Shown here in pieces: positions 9,152 through 16,168 of a DNA stretch of 48,636 nucleotides; positions within the stretch are counted from its first letter, which is position 1; the number at the start of each line of letters is the position of its first letter. The notes under the pieces are model-generated. The model saw nothing but the letters and a program-made list of their open reading frames with translations. It had not been told where the DNA came from and ran no database searches. This DNA comes from a virus (taxonomy: Duplodnaviria > Caudoviricetes), in IMG/VR virus record IMGVR_UViG_3300025015_000047, positions 1-48,636 of that record; one strand, given 5' to 3'. Position numbers and translations under genes: made by a program.

Positions 9152-9435
9152 ATGGCCTAATAAGATTCAGAGTTAGCGCAGAGTTACTAAGACAAGTGAT
9201 GAATATGCCGGAGGACTGTACCATCGTCGGTGTAAAGGAACAACCTTTCGGATGGGGTACGGATGTGTGGTTCTTGGTGACATCTCCTTCCTTCCCTGAT
9301 GTACTAGAGTCGTGTACCATCCCTGAGATAGTGCCCGTAGTCATTACTCACCATTTTGTGGCCGGAGAAGTTCCGCCAACTACAACCTGGAATGAGAGCG
9401 AATGGCAGTGGAAGCTAGGAGAAGACAATGACTGA
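9148..9435 (+). CDS. Hypothetical protein
   Basis: ORF coupled (ATGA) to the UDG gene. Confidence 0.55.
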   Translation: MNGLIRFRVSAELLRQVMNMPEDCTIVGVKEQPFGWGTDVWFLVTSPSFPDVLESCTIPEIVPVVITHHFVAGEVPPTTTWNESEWQWKLGEDND

Positions 9436-10102
9436 TGAACTTGCAAGTCCTCATGACCAGCCCATGCTTCTGAGCGAGGCCGAATTGGACGTGATCACTT
9501 CTGTTGATAGGGTGATCGAAAAAAGTGTTACGACGGGCGATCCCCGTATTGCCTTAGCCTACATTGGGGACCTGCGACGTTCGGGCCACGTCACGGGCCT
9601 AGCAATGGCAAAAGCCCTGTACGAGCTGAAGATCAGATGGGATAGTTTCCCCATTGACGATGACTTCGTAGACGTAGCCATGGCTGAAACCGGCTTAGGC
9701 GTTGGGACCATCCGCAAGTACGTTGACCTCTGGGAGGCCATCTTTATGAACCCCAAGGTCGAACAGAAGGTCAAGGAGGCCCTGTTCGGTAAGCCCATCG
9801 GGTCCCTGTATCTGCTGGCCCCCGCCGCCAAAGAGGGCCAACTGGACACGAACGATTGGCAGAAGGCTGTCATAGCCCCCGATCGTCAGGCCATCCGAGA
9901 TATCGTTCAGGCCAAGCGGGGCGTTGTTGGTCCAGCTAGCACAACCATCGTCATCATGCTGGATCGGGATGGGACGCTCAAGGTCCGCAAGGGTCAAGGT
10001 CACTACGTCCCCTTTGGCTATCTGAACCTGAAGTTAGAAGACGAGAACGCCAAGACGGCCATCGAGCGTATCCTCAACTATGCCCACGTCGTCAGGAGGT
10101 AA
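9428..10102 (+). CDS. Hypothetical protein, possibly helical DNA-binding
   Basis: 224-aa ORF; AETGLGVGTIRKY resembles an HTH recognition segment. Confidence 0.5.
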   Translation: MTDELASPHDQPMLLSEAELDVITSVDRVIEKSVTTGDPRIALAYIGDLRRSGHVTGLAMAKALYELKIRWDSFPIDDDFVDVAMAETGLGVGTIRKYVDLWEAIFMNPKVEQKVKEALFGKPIGSLYLLAPAAKEGQLDTNDWQKAVIAPDRQAIRDIVQAKRGVVGPASTTIVIMLDRDGTLKVRKGQGHYVPFGYLNLKLEDENAKTAIERILNYAHVVRR

Positions 10103-10103
10103 G

Positions 10104-10325
10104 GTGAGAATCGAGACGATCCTTCGGGCTATGATAGCAGCGAAAGAACAGGCCTTAGAGGCATCTTGGGCTCAAGGATTCACAGGTCAGGGGAAGAAGA
10201 AGGAATCTCCGAAAGAGTATGCTGCCCGACTAGACTTCATAGCTCGACGGAACAAACAAGCCGGACGCTTCCGAGCGTACATGTACCGAAAGGCGGGCTG
10301 GGATGCCGATACTCCTGGAAGGTAA
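10104..10325 (+). CDS. Small basic hypothetical protein
   Basis: GTG start after AGGAGG. Confidence 0.5.
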   Translation: MRIETILRAMIAAKEQALEASWAQGFTGQGKKKESPKEYAARLDFIARRNKQAGRFRAYMYRKAGWDADTPGR

Positions 10326-11268
10326 GATCCGCGAAGAAGAACGAGTCCTGACAGGGTTGTACGGCGTGGATAGGGCCTTGGGTTTCTTAGGTAACTTGGG
10401 CGCTCCCCTGCGGGCTATCTATGAAATCTACGGCAGGGAGCAATCCGGTAAGTCTACCCTAGCCCTGTACCTGGCCGCAAGGGTGAAGCCAACGGGCAAG
10501 ATCGTCGTAGCGGACTTGGAGGATTCCTACCGCCAGTCCCCTCACATTGAGCGGGCTGTTCACAACGCCGGCTTCAGTGGGACGGTCAGGATCGTTCCTA
10601 GCATGGACGAGAAGAAGAAGGGCCGCCCCCACGAGGATATCCTGGAGGAGGCTGCCGACAGTCTACTGGAGGATGATGTCAACGCTTGCATCATTGACAG
10701 CCTGGGCATGTTCGTCACCATAGCTGAGGCCGAGGCGGACCTGGAGGATCGAAACGTCGGCTCCCGAGCCTTCGAGACAGCCCGCCTGACCAGACGCCTT
10801 ATCAGCCGCCTGGGGACGGTCGTGGAGCCCAAGCTGGCCATCTACGTCAACCACATCCAGTCGGTCATTGGAGGCCGAGGCCACACCACCCCAGCAGGGG
10901 ACACCAAGAAGTACGGGGCCACCGTCCGCCTATGGATGTTCCGGGCCGACAGCGACTTCGAGCACGGGGCCTTCGAGGCCCAAGTCAAGGTGGAGAAGCT
11001 ACGTTGGGGCGGTCACGGGGACCGGATTGCCTCGGTGTTTGTGATCCCCGGCGTCGGTGTCCACCCAGGTATGACCGCCGTCATGGACTGCCTGCGGGGT
11101 GGCCTGGCCAAGCGGGAGAACGTGGTGAAGGTCAAATCTATCATCCGTGGGGAGGAGGAGTGGAAATCGGCAGGACGAATGAAGCAGCTAGTCGAGTGGG
11201 CGATCGAGGGGGACGAAGCCAAATTCAATTCATTCCAGAGGGCATTGAAAGGAGATGCGGATGAATAG
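10303..11268 (+). CDS. recA: RecA/UvsX-like recombinase
   Basis: TG...VDRALG, EIYGREQSGKST Walker A, DLE, IIDSL Walker B, YVNHI, TPAG..KKY.A.VRL. Confidence 0.9.
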   Translation: MPILLEGKIREEERVLTGLYGVDRALGFLGNLGAPLRAIYEIYGREQSGKSTLALYLAARVKPTGKIVVADLEDSYRQSPHIERAVHNAGFSGTVRIVPSMDEKKKGRPHEDILEEAADSLLEDDVNACIIDSLGMFVTIAEAEADLEDRNVGSRAFETARLTRRLISRLGTVVEPKLAIYVNHIQSVIGGRGHTTPAGDTKKYGATVRLWMFRADSDFEHGAFEAQVKVEKLRWGGHGDRIASVFVIPGVGVHPGMTAVMDCLRGGLAKRENVVKVKSIIRGEEEWKSAGRMKQLVEWAIEGDEAKFNSFQRALKGDADE

Positions 11269-11533
11269 TCAGCAAGAGTTGCCCAACATGCCCCCCAAAG
11301 TCAAGCCGATCGACGGACTGGCCGGGGCGGATCTAATAGCCTTCGCTGATGTTCTACGGCAAACCATACACCAGGGGGGCATCGTTACCTTCCACCAAGA
11401 TGCCGAACTAGGAGTCGCCTGTGTCATGACTTTGGGTAGGTCAATCGCTGTAGGTAAGGGGAGCAACCTGCTCCGGGCCTTGGATCGAGCTAAGGCCAAC
11501 TACGCAACCGATGTCCTATTTGGAGAGAGCTGA
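11261..11533 (+). CDS. Hypothetical protein
   Basis: ORF overlapping the recA stop, with AAGGAG RBS. Confidence 0.55.
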   Translation: MNSQQELPNMPPKVKPIDGLAGADLIAFADVLRQTIHQGGIVTFHQDAELGVACVMTLGRSIAVGKGSNLLRALDRAKANYATDVLFGES

Positions 11534-11534
11534 C

Positions 11535-11963
11535 ATGAACAAAGCAGATGCCGAAGCACAGTATGATGGAATCACGAAGCTGCTGGCCGAGCGCCTGAAG
11601 AACCTCGACCGAGCCCGAAGGGATCAACTCAAGACCAAAATCTCCTTCGAGCGAGAGCAGGATGCCTTTGGTAAGACGGTGCGGGATCTGAAGATGACCT
11701 ATGCCGACGACCCATCTATCCGTAGCCAGCCGGACCCCTCCACAGGCAAGCCCAACAAGGAATGGGCAGCTTGGCTGATCGAGCGGGCCGTCGAGCGAGA
11801 TCAGGAGTTCATCCAGGGGACGGGGCGCTTCTATGCCGTACAGGAGGGCTACTTTGGGGCCGAACTTGCCCTGCATCAGGCGGGCGAGGAACTCAACGCC
11901 GTCAAGGCCGAGATGTTGTTATTCGCTGCCTTGATGCGGTATCTTTCGACTCCAGAAGGATAA
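11535..11963 (+). CDS. Helical/coiled-coil hypothetical protein
   Basis: All-helical character; lies between recA and ruvC (a recombination mediator role is speculation). Confidence 0.55.
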   Translation: MNKADAEAQYDGITKLLAERLKNLDRARRDQLKTKISFEREQDAFGKTVRDLKMTYADDPSIRSQPDPSTGKPNKEWAAWLIERAVERDQEFIQGTGRFYAVQEGYFGAELALHQAGEELNAVKAEMLLFAALMRYLSTPEG

Positions 11964-11966
11964 CAT

Positions 11967-12036
11967 GGCAGGGCGCGGCCCGGCAAGGTAGGGCAGGGCA
12001 TGGCTCGGCCTGGCTTGGCGTGGCGAGGCAGGGTAC
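11967..12036 (+). ncRNA. GGY-NN pentamer array 1 (one unit: 13 pentamers + GGTAC); putative guide/structural RNA
   Basis: GGCAG GGCGC GGCCC GGCAA GGTAG GGCAG GGCAT GGCTC GGCCT GGCTT GGCGT GGCGA GGCAG GGTAC; fills the gap between stop 11963 and ATG 12041. The repeat is certain; RNA function is inferred. Confidence 0.75.
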
Positions 12037-12040
12037 AAGG

Positions 12041-12586
12041 ATGCTAGAAGTTCTTAGTCGTCTAAAGTTTGAAGATTCAAAGAAGATCGACTGGCTACCT
12101 GGGTCGCGAGTCAAGATGTTTATGGCGTTGGCTCCCGACATCAAAGCCTGGGCTGTTGGGATCGATCCCGGCAGGAACTTTGGGATTGCGATCGCCACCA
12201 AGGGCTACGTTGTTGTCTATGATGGAAGCCTCCCACAGCAACCAGAAAAATGGAAGTATGGTGTCTTGGCGATCGATCTGGTCAAGCGCATCTTCTCGGG
12301 ACCTCCCCAGAACTTCCAAGTGGGGATTGTTGAGGGTCCGGCGTTCAATGCCCGATATGGTCAAGTTTCGTTGGCCGAGGCGAGATTCGGATTCCTGTAC
12401 GGACTGATCGAAGTTGGGGTCAAAGATGTTCGAGTAGCGGCCCCGGCTAGCATTCGAAAGGTCGTCTTGGGAGGAGGTCGATATCCGGTACCGTATGAAA
12501 CTTGGCCCAGATTGTCCACAAATGGAACAGATGCGTTGCTAGCCCTAGGATTTGCCCTCTTGACAATGGACAAATCCGGCGTATAA
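12041..12586 (+). CDS. ruvC: RuvC-like Holliday junction resolvase
   Basis: VGIDPGRNFGIA, IVEGPAF, LAEARFG, PASIRKVVLG, TDALLA. The ORF track's N-terminal extension through the array is discounted. Confidence 0.8.
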   Translation: MLEVLSRLKFEDSKKIDWLPGSRVKMFMALAPDIKAWAVGIDPGRNFGIAIATKGYVVVYDGSLPQQPEKWKYGVLAIDLVKRIFSGPPQNFQVGIVEGPAFNARYGQVSLAEARFGFLYGLIEVGVKDVRVAAPASIRKVVLGGGRYPVPYETWPRLSTNGTDALLALGFALLTMDKSGV

Positions 12587-12587
12587 T
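12560..12587 (+). promoter_or_regulatory. Consensus sigma70-type promoter upstream of array 2
   Basis: TTGACA (12560-12565), 16-bp spacer, TATAAT (12582-12587); predicted start about 12594, just before the first pentamer at 12596. Confidence 0.8.
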
Positions 12588-12595
12588 GGATTCAT

Positions 12596-12717
12596 GGCGC
12601 GGCTAGGCGCGGCTAGGCGAGGCAAGGCTGGGCAGGGCGAGGTACGTGGCGAGGCCAGGCAAGGCGAGGCAGGGCGTGGCGAGGCAAGGCGAGGCATGGC
12701 GGGGCGAGGCGAGGTAC
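12596..12717 (+). ncRNA. GGY-NN pentamer array 2 (two units: 9 and 13 pentamers, each + GGTAC)
   Basis: NN series GC TA GC TA GA AA TG AG GA | GGTAC GT | GA CA AA GA AG GT GA AA GA AT GG GA GA | GGTAC; intergenic. Confidence 0.78.
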
Positions 12718-12745
12718 AGGGGTAGACTAACAACAAGGAGAGAAA

Positions 12746-13531
12746 ATGACCAAAAGGGTCTTGATTCTAAGCGATACGCACTGTGGGCACGAGGTTGGGC
12801 TGACACCGCCCAAATGGAATCCGCAATACCCAGAGTTTCCGGCCCTCCAGAAGATGTCGGACTATCGAGCCTACCTCTGGGACAAGTTCAAGTCAGAGTT
12901 GGACGAGTGGCGGCCCTTTGACGTTTGCATCGCCGACGGGGATATGATCGATGGTCGCGGTGAACGCATAGGTGGGACAGAGGAAATCTTCGTCGACCGA
13001 GTACAGCAAGTCGAGATGGCAGCAGAAATCCTCGAAACCGTGAGGGCAAAGGAGTTGTATGTCGCTCGGGGTACGGATTATCACGTCGGACCCTATGAGA
13101 ACTTCGAGGACGGTATTGGTAAGTTGGTCGACGTAACGCGCACCGGAGATGTCCTGAACATCGACATCGCAGGTTTGATGTTCAATGTGCGCCACCACGT
13201 TGGGGGTTCACAAGTACCCCACGGTAGAGCCACAGCGCTCCTCCGGGATTGGTCATGGAACATTATCTGGTCTTCAATGCAGGAGTTTCCAAAGGCAGAT
13301 GTGATTATCCGTGCCCATGTCCATTACCACCTGGCAGTAGATCAGCCCGGTTCGCTGGCGATGACCACGCCCGGACTCCAAGGCTACGGAACCCGTTATG
13401 GAGAACGCCGCCTGAGCGGCCTTATCCACTTTGGGTTCATTCTGTTCGATATCAATAGCAAGGAGGACTTTGCATGGACGAAACGTATCTTCCCCTTCCC
13501 CAGACCCCCGGTCTCCGTATCCGAAGCATAA
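12746..13531 (+). CDS. Calcineurin-like metallophosphoesterase
   Basis: LSDTHCGH, DGDMIDG, RGTDYH, VRHH, RAHVH motifs; AAGGAG RBS. Confidence 0.85.
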   Translation: MTKRVLILSDTHCGHEVGLTPPKWNPQYPEFPALQKMSDYRAYLWDKFKSELDEWRPFDVCIADGDMIDGRGERIGGTEEIFVDRVQQVEMAAEILETVRAKELYVARGTDYHVGPYENFEDGIGKLVDVTRTGDVLNIDIAGLMFNVRHHVGGSQVPHGRATALLRDWSWNIIWSSMQEFPKADVIIRAHVHYHLAVDQPGSLAMTTPGLQGYGTRYGERRLSGLIHFGFILFDINSKEDFAWTKRIFPFPRPPVSVSEA

Positions 13532-13549
13532 CGAAGACCGGATCAGAAT

Positions 13550-13587
13550 TGCCATACTCTCTTGACGCAATCGAAGAGATTATGGCA
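13550..13587. promoter_or_regulatory. 14-bp imperfect inverted repeat upstream of the RAMP-like gene
   Basis: TGCCATACTCTCTT-N10-AAGAGATTATGGCA (13/14 complementary). Confidence 0.55.
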
Positions 13588-13624
13588 GCCGCCGCAATAG
13601 AAAAGAAGGAAAAGGAGGAGCACG

Positions 13625-14200
13625 ATGTTGCAGGTCTTGAAAGTACGACTCTGTGGGGCGTCCCAGATGATTCTGCACAACGGCCAAACAGCCAATCCCT
13701 TGAACAAGTTCGCCAAGCAACTGAAAGCCGTCAGCAGGAAGAAGAACAAGACGGAGGACGACATGGAGGAGCTGGCGAAGATCGAATTCTTGGCCGGCTG
13801 GTACCAGAATCCGGCGGGGGCGTACACACTCCCAGCCCACAACATCGAGGCAACGATGCTGGAGGGAGCAAAGAAGAACAAGAACGGTAAGCTCATCCAG
13901 AGTGGGGCGTTCGTTGTCGATGACCCGATCCTAGTCTTTCCTGGATCGAATCTGAACCCAGAGGAGCTGTGGAAGCGGGGCGAGAATGCCCTGATGGTCT
14001 CCGTTCGAGTTCAGCGCAATCGAGTTATGAGAACTAGGCCGACCGTCCCTCAAGGATGGACAACGGAGGTGGAGATCAGGTTCGATCCCCAAATCATCGA
14101 ACCCCCGGCGATTGTCCAGGCTCTTGAGGTTGCCGGTTTGGAGCGGGGCTTGGGGGATTGGCGACCTAAGTATGGTCGGTTTCTCGTAGAGCAAGTCTAG
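13625..14200 (+). CDS. Standalone RAMP/Cas7-like RNA-binding protein; candidate effector of the GGY-NN arrays
   Basis: 191 aa. N-terminal strand ending in G (LKVRLCGASQMILHN), LPAHNIEATM..GA (RAMP IPxxxxxG-like helix), basic thumb VRVQRNRVMRTRP, W..EVEIRFD, and C-terminal glycine-rich loop AGLERGLGDWRPKYGRFLV. Strong AGGAGG RBS; the array begins at its stop codon. Confidence 0.75.
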   Translation: MLQVLKVRLCGASQMILHNGQTANPLNKFAKQLKAVSRKKNKTEDDMEELAKIEFLAGWYQNPAGAYTLPAHNIEATMLEGAKKNKNGKLIQSGAFVVDDPILVFPGSNLNPEELWKRGENALMVSVRVQRNRVMRTRPTVPQGWTTEVEIRFDPQIIEPPAIVQALEVAGLERGLGDWRPKYGRFLVEQV

Positions 14201-14452
14201 GTACGCGGCCCGGCGCGGCAAGGCTCGGCAGGGCAGGGCATGGCGAGGCGAGGTACGTGGCAAGGTGCGGCGTGGCTTGGCTGGGCGCGGCTTGGCGAGG
14301 CAGGGCGAGGTACGAGGCGTGGCGTGGCTAGGCTTGGCCGGGAGAGGCTTGGCAAGGCCCGGCAGGGCGAGGCGAGGCGAGGTACGTGGCAAGGCTTGGC
14401 CTGGTGGGGCGTGGCTCGGCGAGGTGAGGCAAGGCTGGGCGAGGCAAGGTAA
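14200..14452 (+). ncRNA. GGY-NN pentamer array 3 (four units of 9, 10, 13 and 12 pentamers separated by GGTAC-GN)
   Basis: GGTACGC | CC GC AA TC AG AG AT GA GA | GGTACGT | AA GC GT TT TG GC TT GA AG GA | GGTACGA | GT GT TA TT CG GA TT AA CC AG GA GA GA | GGTACGT | AA TT CT GG GT TC GA GA AA TG GA AA | GGTAA. Only one pentamer (GGAGA) deviates from GGY. Confidence 0.82.
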
Positions 14453-14458
14453 ACAAAA

Positions 14459-14477
14459 GGCCCGAATGACTCGGGCC
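14459..14477 (+). other. Hairpin immediately 3' of array 3
   Basis: GGCCCGA-ATGAC-TCGGGCC, a 7-bp perfect stem preceded by ACAAAA. Confidence 0.6.
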
Positions 14478-14489
14478 ACAATAGATGTG

Positions 14490-14520
14490 GAAGGGCGGCC
14501 CTAGAGCCGCCCTTCTTCGT
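14490..14520. terminator. Likely intrinsic terminator between the convergent arms
   Basis: GAAGGGCGGC-CCTAGA-GCCGCCCTTC 10-bp stem followed by TTCGT; located exactly where + and - transcription converge. The U-tract is weak. Confidence 0.65.
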
Positions 14521-14828
14521 TACCCTTCGTTGATTTCGCTTGACCGAACCGAGATACCCATCCGCTCGGCCAGGGGCTTCACGGCATATCCATATCCGAG
14601 CGTAGCGGTCAGGATTGCCGAGATGGCCACGACAACGGCGTTGACGTAGACTTCAGACTCCGGGACGAACTGGATCAGGAACCACATGGCCGCAAAGCCA
14701 AGGGCTCCACCCAAGGCCCCAAGCCGAAGGTGCGTCTCTTGTTCAACCCCCAAAAACTTCAAACTCTGAACGAACAGAATGACGAACGCGCCGATCTGAA
14801 CACCCGCAAGAGCAATTGACAGATCCAT
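14520..14828 (-). CDS. Small membrane protein with about 3 TM helices (holin-like)
   Basis: Three hydrophobic segments and a charged C-terminus; last gene of the late arm; GGAGG RBS. Confidence 0.6.
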   Translation of the reverse strand: MDLSIALAGVQIGAFVILFVQSLKFLGVEQETHLRLGALGGALGFAAMWFLIQFVPESEVYVNAVVVAISAILTATLGYGYAVKPLAERMGISVRSSEINEG

Positions 14829-14856
14829 TCATGCCTCCATAGCTATGGTTAGGTCT

Positions 14857-14886
14857 ATTATAGCACCTATGCTACCCGGTAGTCAA
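14857..14886 (-). promoter_or_regulatory. Sigma70-type promoter for the membrane protein gene
   Basis: Minus strand TTGACT-N18-TATAAT with extended -10 TG (TGCTATAAT). Confidence 0.55.
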
Positions 14887-15409
14887 TATCCATGATGAAG
14901 TAGCTTCCATTGCGTGTCCAGATAGAACCACCTCCTGCTTGGGGGTAGATGCCGGTCAGGAAGCCGGGTCCGGCGTTCAGCGGCGTCCATAGCATGGTGA
15001 AGTAGTAGTTGGGATCCGCAAAGCCGATAATCGATTGCCCACCCGTGATCGAACCCTGCCCTTCCGCCCACAGGCGCAGATTGCCAACGGCGCGGCGGAT
15101 AGGCTTCACCCGGCCCGTGAGCGGGTACAGCACCCACTGCGACGTTGGATTGGGTGTGCTCCAGCCGTTTCCAAACCGGGCCGAGACGTGCAACTTGCAT
15201 AGGCCCGGCAGGAAGTAGGCTTCGGCCACGAACTCTCCATCGCCTACGTTGATCCACTTCGCGTGTTCCCCCCGGACAGTGAACAAGAAGTCTGCCCTCA
15301 CATCCTGCCACCCCAGATCAGGAAGGCTACCACCGCCCCCTCCTAGATCATCATAGATGCGCTTCTCAAGGTCTACTAGATCCTGTGTTACGGCAATGTC
15401 AAGTGGCAT
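14867..15409 (-). CDS. Beta-rich hypothetical protein, possible receptor-binding/fibre tip
   Basis: ATG 15409 after GGAG; short helix, GGGGGS linker, then an aromatic beta-rich domain. Confidence 0.45.
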   Translation of the reverse strand: MPLDIAVTQDLVDLEKRIYDDLGGGGGSLPDLGWQDVRADFLFTVRGEHAKWINVGDGEFVAEAYFLPGLCKLHVSARFGNGWSTPNPTSQWVLYPLTGRVKPIRRAVGNLRLWAEGQGSITGGQSIIGFADPNYYFTMLWTPLNAGPGFLTGIYPQAGGGSIWTRNGSYFIMDIDYRVA

Positions 15410-15419
15410 TGGTTGTCTC

Positions 15420-15812
15420 CTACTGCCTACTAGCAATGACGCCCGAAATGGCCGCCGCAATCGCCCCAATCACGCTGGCAATGACACCAACTTGCTTATC
15501 CGATACCCGGAGTTCGACAATCTTGTTGTCTATGATATCCAGCCTACCTCCAACCTTATCTATTTCCAACATCCTATCCATGAGACCACCGGGCTTGTCC
15601 CGCAAGTCCTGTAGCACCTGTAGGCCAACTTGTACGCCGGCGTACTGATTCGTTACCCGCTCCCTGTTCTCCATCACAGCCACCAAAAGACCGTCCAGCT
15701 TGGCACTGAGCTTGCTGTCCAAATCTGCGACAGATTTCCCCAGCCCCTCTCCAAGCCTGGTGAGGTCCTCATAGTGTTGCCTTTGGGAAACCTTGCTACC
15801 ATTCGTCTCCAT
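15420..15812 (-). CDS. Coiled-coil protein with C-terminal TM anchor (lysis-associated type)
   Basis: Heptad-rich body; VGVIASVIGAIAAAISGVIA at the C-terminus. Confidence 0.55.
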   Translation of the reverse strand: METNGSKVSQRQHYEDLTRLGEGLGKSVADLDSKLSAKLDGLLVAVMENRERVTNQYAGVQVGLQVLQDLRDKPGGLMDRMLEIDKVGGRLDIIDNKIVELRVSDKQVGVIASVIGAIAAAISGVIASRQ

Positions 15813-15823
15813 ATCCCACCTCT

Positions 15824-16159
15824 CTATGTTGCTTGGGCTACTTCCATGATAAACTGATCCGACTTGGTAAGCGTCGTCGTGCTGATCCTCAACTCTACCG
15901 TCCCAACCCAGTCTCCAGACTCCGATAGGTCTCCAGCAGCAAAGGCAAACGAGATCCGACCATCTGACCCATCCGACGTAAACGATGCGGTGCAGCTAAC
16001 TTCCTTGTTGCTCTTAGGAGAACGGAAGAGAACATTCTTGGTCCCTGTATAGGATGAGATATTCTGGACCGTGCCCGCAAGGTCCTTGCAAGTTAGGATG
16101 ATGGTCTTGTTGAATTCCCCTACGACACATCCCTTTAGTTTCGCAACACTCGTCGCCAT
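15824..16159 (-). CDS. BppU N-terminal-like / Ig-like tail-associated protein
   Basis: D..G...NIS, DGSDGRISFAFAAGDLSESGDW..., KSDQF..EV pattern typical of this beta-sandwich family. Confidence 0.55.
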   Translation of the reverse strand: MATSVAKLKGCVVGEFNKTIILTCKDLAGTVQNISSYTGTKNVLFRSPKSNKEVSCTASFTSDGSDGRISFAFAAGDLSESGDWVGTVELRISTTTLTKSDQFIMEVAQAT

Positions 16160-16168
16160 GGCCCGCTC

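Noticed and set aside
11762-12040. N-terminal extension of the 274-aa RuvC ORF
   Set aside because: Overlaps the upstream gene and runs through array 1; the RuvC domain starts after ATG 12041.
11967-14452. Calling the GGY-NN arrays a CRISPR array
   Set aside because: No 25-45-bp direct repeats with unique spacers and no cas1/cas2; the periodicity is 5 nt.
11967-14452. Arrays as plain microsatellites or purely G-quadruplex DNA
   Set aside because: Two-tier G4 folding cannot be excluded, but it does not explain the conserved Y, the diversified NN, the GGTAC delimiters, the dedicated promoter or the adjacency to a RAMP-like gene.
14197-14504. ORFs across array 3 (14240-14452, 14265-14504, 14197-14481, 13931-14479) and across array 2 (12646-12921, 12545-12736)
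   Set aside because: Low-complexity ARRG/PRLA translations produced by the stop-poor pentamer repeat; no convincing RBS; several frames open at once.
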